DNA of 64,000 bases, taken from the NCBI GenBank assembly GCA_965215265.1, contig OZ244048.1, positions 4,672,001 through 4,736,000 on the forward strand, in the 5' to 3' direction. Below, piece after piece: positions 60,128 through 64,000 of the stretch (within the stretch, counting starts at the first letter, position 1; each line of letters opens with the position of its first letter). Both the position numbers and the translations under genes were made by a program. The notes below the pieces were generated by a model that saw nothing but the letters and a program-made list of their open reading frames with translations, ran no database searches and was not told where the DNA came from. Source of the stretch: Candidatus Poribacteria bacterium (lineage in GTDB: Bacteria > Poribacteria > WGA-4E > WGA-3G).

Positions 60128-60157
60128 GGGATGCCTCACCCCAAAATATTTGATAGT

Positions 60158-60186
60158 ATCATACACAAAAAATCGAAGAAAGTCAA
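60158..60186 (-). promoter_or_regulatory. Putative sigma70 promoter of NUDIX operon
   Basis: TTGACT-17 bp-TATGAT. Confidence 0.55.
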
Positions 60187-60333
60187 TAGATTTTATTGCA
60201 GACGCGCCGTTTTCTACCGAAAATCGAGGCAGTGAAAGTAGACAAAATCTAGGAGCTTGAAACTGAAACCGAAACCGATACGGTTTTATCTCGACTTTCA
60301 ATACTCAGAACGGCCGGTTACGTGCGTGCAAAA

Positions 60334-60363
60334 GTAAAGGCAGATATAGAAATCTGCCCTTAC
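60334..60363 (-). terminator. Terminator-like hairpin
   Basis: GTAAAGGCAGAT...ATCTGCCCTTAC, followed by T run on the minus strand. Confidence 0.55.
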
Positions 60364-60418
60364 ATAAAAAAAGTGGTGTTAAAATGTTATCGGGTTTTAC
60401 AGTCCCGCTTGAGTCTAG

Positions 60419-60512
60419 TGTCGTGCATGCGCGTTCCATCATATCAAATTAACACTTCCGTGCTGTGACATCAATGTCGTGCATGCACGTTCCATCATAT
60501 CAAATTAACACT
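60419..60512. repeat. Two 38-bp direct repeats (1 mismatch) separated by 18 bp
   Basis: TGTCGTGCATGC(G/A)CGTTCCATCATATCAAATTAACACT at 60419-60456 and 60475-60512. Confidence 0.9.
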
Positions 60513-60640
60513 CAGTTATGTTTTTGTTAAATGCTGACTTAAGTCCTCTCGTAAAAGAGAAATTTATTCACGCCATTTAGGATAAGCTCTGTTTTATTTT
60601 TTTTGTGATATGCCAAGTTTTTTGGTGTCAATTTGTCGAG

Positions 60641-60668
60641 GCAGAGGCATATTTAAACATGCCTCTGC
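60641..60668 (-). terminator. Hairpin directly downstream of LamG gene
   Basis: GCAGAGGCAT-ATTTAAAC-ATGCCTCTGC. Confidence 0.6.
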
Positions 60669-60674
60669 ATAAAA

Positions 60675-61469
60675 TTACTGTTGGGAACTCTTAAGCCGTC
60701 CCCATGTGATTGCCAATTTATCGCGTGCTTCGACGCTTAAGAAAGTCCTCATACCATGTTCCATGATGATGTTGACCTCTTCTTCGGATAAGCCGCGCTT
60801 CCAGATGTTTAAATCATCCATCAAGCCGGCGAAGGGGCGATTATTATCTATGTTATATCCCACGCGTGCCCCGTTGTCCCAATCTGGAGCAATAGGGGTT
60901 CCGACGCGTGCCTTCTCTTCACCTGCAGCAACTCCGTTAATGTAGAGGACTGCCAACCCTTCAGCACGGCTGAACGTTCCTGCGTAATGGATCCATTCAT
61001 TGGCTTTATTCTTTCCTGCGCGGATATCGAAAATGGTGGCCCCGCCAGGGCTCCGGTTTAGCCAACGGTAATTGCCATCTCCGCGAGCCTCCGGATGTAC
61101 CAGCCACGTATTATCGCCAGCACGCGCATTGAAAATCGCCATATCCGTAACTGCCTCAACGTGAATCCACGCGACTACGCTCATCCCTTCTGTTGGTATG
61201 TCATCCGGGTTAATATTGGGGCCGTCCAAGTCGAGGAAACTGCCCGAAGCAAAATGGGCGGCTTTCCCAAATTTTCCATCGTTAGACTGCGTTACCTTTC
61301 CATTAATCGCCCCATCATAACCGCGTCCAGATTTTTCAACCACGGTATCCCCATCAAAGTCCTCATAATCAAAGTACAGCACCAAATCTGGATCTAATAC
61401 ATCGGCAGACAAGCTGCCAATGCCAAATACCAAGAAGAGGTACGTTAAAATTACCAAGCTGCATTTCAT
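60675..61469 (-). CDS. Secreted LamG-like jellyroll protein
   Basis: Signal peptide, LVLYFDYE, GKFGKA, WIHYAGTF, LYING, FAGLMDDL, C-terminal VEARDKLAITWGRLK. Confidence 0.88.
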   Translation of the reverse strand: MKCSLVILTYLFLVFGIGSLSADVLDPDLVLYFDYEDFDGDTVVEKSGRGYDGAINGKVTQSNDGKFGKAAHFASGSFLDLDGPNINPDDIPTEGMSVVAWIHVEAVTDMAIFNARAGDNTWLVHPEARGDGNYRWLNRSPGGATIFDIRAGKNKANEWIHYAGTFSRAEGLAVLYINGVAAGEEKARVGTPIAPDWDNGARVGYNIDNNRPFAGLMDDLNIWKRGLSEEEVNIIMEHGMRTFLSVEARDKLAITWGRLKSSQQ

Positions 61470-61975
61470 TGTGAAAATCTCCTTTACAAAAATCGTTATC
61501 CTAAATTAAGTTAGTCGATTTCTCTTTATAAGACTGAATGCCTGAGATTCAGGCTTCTGTCAGTCGAGTCCTTGAGAGCGAGCTTGCTTCTCAAAAACAA
61601 CACCAATTTAGTTCATTTGATACTGTCTGTTTAATTTTAACGTATTAAGAATTGAGTTTGCAACCATATATTTCATTTTTTTTGAATCGTCCTTCAGATT
61701 TTTATTCGGTATATTGATATGGCCGGGTCTATGTAATTGTTTTCTGTACGTGCTGTCACAGCCTACTGAGTCTGTCCTATTACACTGTATGTTCCGGAGT
61801 TTTCTCTTGATTTTAATTTTCCTATCTGGTAAATTAACTAATATATCAAATCGGTTAAATTTCGCCTTTATGTCAGTTAAACATGATTAAATTTTTTAGT
61901 ACAAACTAAAATGATTGTGGCAACAAGATTTATGCCAATCTCGCTAACTGAATCAGTAGACAAAACAGTGGTGGT

Positions 61976-63775
61976 ATGAACATTTCACCCATTGATTGGG
62001 CAATTATCATCGGCTATATCTGTTTCGCTTTAGGGCTTGGCATTTATTTTTCTAAGCGCGCTGGGCGAAGTATCACCGAATTTTTCGTCTCCGGACGCAA
62101 TTTACCGTGGTGGTTGGCAGGCACGTCTATGGTAGCGACAACGTTCGCTGCGGATACGCCATTAGCGGTTACCGGACTCGTTGTCAATGATGGTATTGCC
62201 GGCAATTGGCTCTGGTGGAACGCTGTATTGAGCGGGATGTTAGCAACGTTTCTATTCTCCCAACTCTGGCGCCGCGCCGACATCATAACAGACGTTGAGT
62301 TAACCGAACTCCGTTATTCAGGACCTTCCGCAAGCTTTCTTCGGGGTTTCCGGGCACTTTACATCGGCCTCCCTATTAACTGCATCACGATGGGTTGGGT
62401 CATCCTTGCCATGCAGAAAATAGTTGTACTCACCTTTGGGCTACCGGATACCGCCAACACAAAGTCGTTAGTGGTATTAGGCTGTCTATTGATTGCTGGC
62501 ATCTACTGTGCGCTCTCCGGCTTCTGGGGCGTTGTCATGACAGATCTTGTCCAGTTTGCGATGGCAATGGTGGGCTCGGTTGCTTTAGCAGGCATCGCTG
62601 TTAATAAGATTGGCGGGATTGGTGCACTAAAGGAGAAGCTGAGCGGTCTTTACGGTGCGGAGCATACTATCCTCAACTTCACGCCTAACTTCAACGCTGG
62701 TGAAATGGCAATTTTAACGTTTGGTGTCTATCTCGGTGTGCAGTGGTGGGCATCAAACGGTGTGGATGGAAGCGGCTATATTGCACAACGGATGTTCGCA
62801 GCAAAAAATGAACGACACACACTCCTCGCGACTTTATGGTTCAACATTGCCCATTATACGCTCCGTCCATGGCCGTGGATACTTGTCGCGTTAGTCGCAA
62901 TGGTTGTTTACCCTGGGCTTGGTAACCCTGAACACCTGAACCCTGCCTTGCGCGATGCTGAAGCCGGTTATCCGATGTTGATGCTTGCCTATCTTCCGAC
63001 AGGCCTGCTCGGCTTAATGCTAACAGCATTCTTGGCGGCGTTCATGTCAACAATTGACACGCATCTAAACTGGGGTGCATCTTACCTCGTCAATGACTTC
63101 TACAAACGCTTTTTCAAGCCAGCGGCACCAGCGAAGCATTATGTCGTGGCCTCGCGAATTGCTGTCGTACTCATCATGGTAGCAGCAGGCGGTGCCAGCC
63201 TGCTAATGGATTCTATCGCGGCCGCATGGAAATTCCTCATCGCTCTTAATGCTGGGATCGGGCTCGTGCAAATTCTACGGTGGTACTGGTGGCGTATTAA
63301 CGCCTGGTCTGAAATTTCAGCGATGGTGGCAGCCTTAGTCATTTCTATCGTTGTGTTTACGCTGCCCGCGACGAAAGGCGACGATAAATTCGCTATCCAG
63401 ATGCTAATTATCGTGCCTTCTTCCACAGTGACGTGGATAGTCGTGACGTTCTTGACTGCACCCGTTTCAAAAGAAACGTTGATCGGCTTCTACAAGCGAG
63501 TCAGACCCCGCTCTGGGCTCGCAATAGATGGATGGAAGCCGATTGTTAATGCGATAACGGCATCGACTGATAATACACACTTGCAACCTCCTATCAAACA
63601 AGGGGCACCGCCGTTACTCAATTGGGTTATCGGGGTGTTCTTTATCTATTCAACTCTATTCGGGTTTGGCAAACTTCTTTTAGGCTTTATTAGCACTGGA
63701 CTTATTTTTCTCACTATCGCAATCGTAACTGGAGCCATCATGTATAAAAATTTACCGAACCGGCAGGAGGGTTAA
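61976..63775 (+). CDS. Sodium:solute symporter (SSS) family
   Basis: FFVSGRNLPWW, SMVATTFAADTP, TDLVQF, AAFMSTIDT. Confidence 0.93.
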   Translation: MNISPIDWAIIIGYICFALGLGIYFSKRAGRSITEFFVSGRNLPWWLAGTSMVATTFAADTPLAVTGLVVNDGIAGNWLWWNAVLSGMLATFLFSQLWRRADIITDVELTELRYSGPSASFLRGFRALYIGLPINCITMGWVILAMQKIVVLTFGLPDTANTKSLVVLGCLLIAGIYCALSGFWGVVMTDLVQFAMAMVGSVALAGIAVNKIGGIGALKEKLSGLYGAEHTILNFTPNFNAGEMAILTFGVYLGVQWWASNGVDGSGYIAQRMFAAKNERHTLLATLWFNIAHYTLRPWPWILVALVAMVVYPGLGNPEHLNPALRDAEAGYPMLMLAYLPTGLLGLMLTAFLAAFMSTIDTHLNWGASYLVNDFYKRFFKPAAPAKHYVVASRIAVVLIMVAAGGASLLMDSIAAAWKFLIALNAGIGLVQILRWYWWRINAWSEISAMVAALVISIVVFTLPATKGDDKFAIQMLIIVPSSTVTWIVVTFLTAPVSKETLIGFYKRVRPRSGLAIDGWKPIVNAITASTDNTHLQPPIKQGAPPLLNWVIGVFFIYSTLFGFGKLLLGFISTGLIFLTIAIVTGAIMYKNLPNRQEG

Positions 63776-63796
63776 GAATTGCACAATGATCCTTGC

Positions 63797-64000
63797 TTGC
63801 CAAGAACAAGTTTTCACGCTGTAGGGATTATTCCAGCCCGCTATGCCTCAAGTCGATTTGAAGGAAAACCTTTGGTCGAGCTCCTTGGGAAACCGATGGT
63901 TCAACATGTCTATGAACGTGCAGCACAGGCGAAAATGCTTGGCCGTGTCATCATTGCTACCGATGACCGTCGCATTTACGATGCTGTTAACGAATTCGGT
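63797..64000 (+). CDS. kdsB: 3-deoxy-manno-octulosonate cytidylyltransferase (5' part, runs off window)
   Basis: Manual translation: [32 protein letters not shown]...[10 protein letters not shown]; start codon uncertain. Confidence 0.9.
   Translation, partial: MPRTSFHAVGIIPARYASSRFEGKPLVELLGKPMVQHVYERAAQAKMLGRVIIATDDRRIYDAVNEFG

Noticed and set aside
60257-60290. GAAACTGAAACCGAAACC short triple repeat
   Set aside because: Too short to distinguish from chance
60419-60512. Calling the 38-bp repeat pair a CRISPR array
   Set aside because: 18-bp spacer is too short and the repeat lacks typical termini; kept only as an unexplained repeat

Overview
Bacterial chromosomal window, most consistent with Candidatus Poribacteria (inference from a LamG protein with the C-terminal 'V..RDKL.ITWG.LK' tail, a secreted repeat protein with dockerin-like EF-hands plus an 'NYPNPFNPETWIPY' FlgD/T9SS-like C-terminal domain, a sulfatase, three enolase-superfamily acid-sugar dehydratases and two Gfo/Idh/MocA oxidoreductases). 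Most of it is catabolic, transport or envelope genes: an Opp/Dpp-type ABC system, an SSS symporter, GH13, DlgD, RsmI and the start of KdsB. The main accessory feature is a Type III-like restriction-modification locus (res 24898-27582, mod 20812-23016). A two-gene ParA-ATPase + HEPN (RHSFAH) cassette lies between res and mod, and mod carries a G11 tract inside an in-frame palindromic insertion. Other notable signals: an orphan CRISPR-like unit (30-bp repeat / 36-bp spacer / identical 30-bp repeat, 53427-53522) next to a small HTH gene; a second 38-bp direct-repeat pair; a 387-bp MITE plus a diverged solo end beside the RM locus; an IS630 remnant; an Nma111-like secreted protease; a predicted Cu-only SOD; and a (DTAAA)n VNTR lipoprotein. 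Four frameshifts can each be repaired by adding one base to a short homopolymer, so some 'pseudogenes' may be sequencing artefacts. No rRNA, tRNA or cas genes were recognised. All calls come from manual motif recognition; no searches were run.
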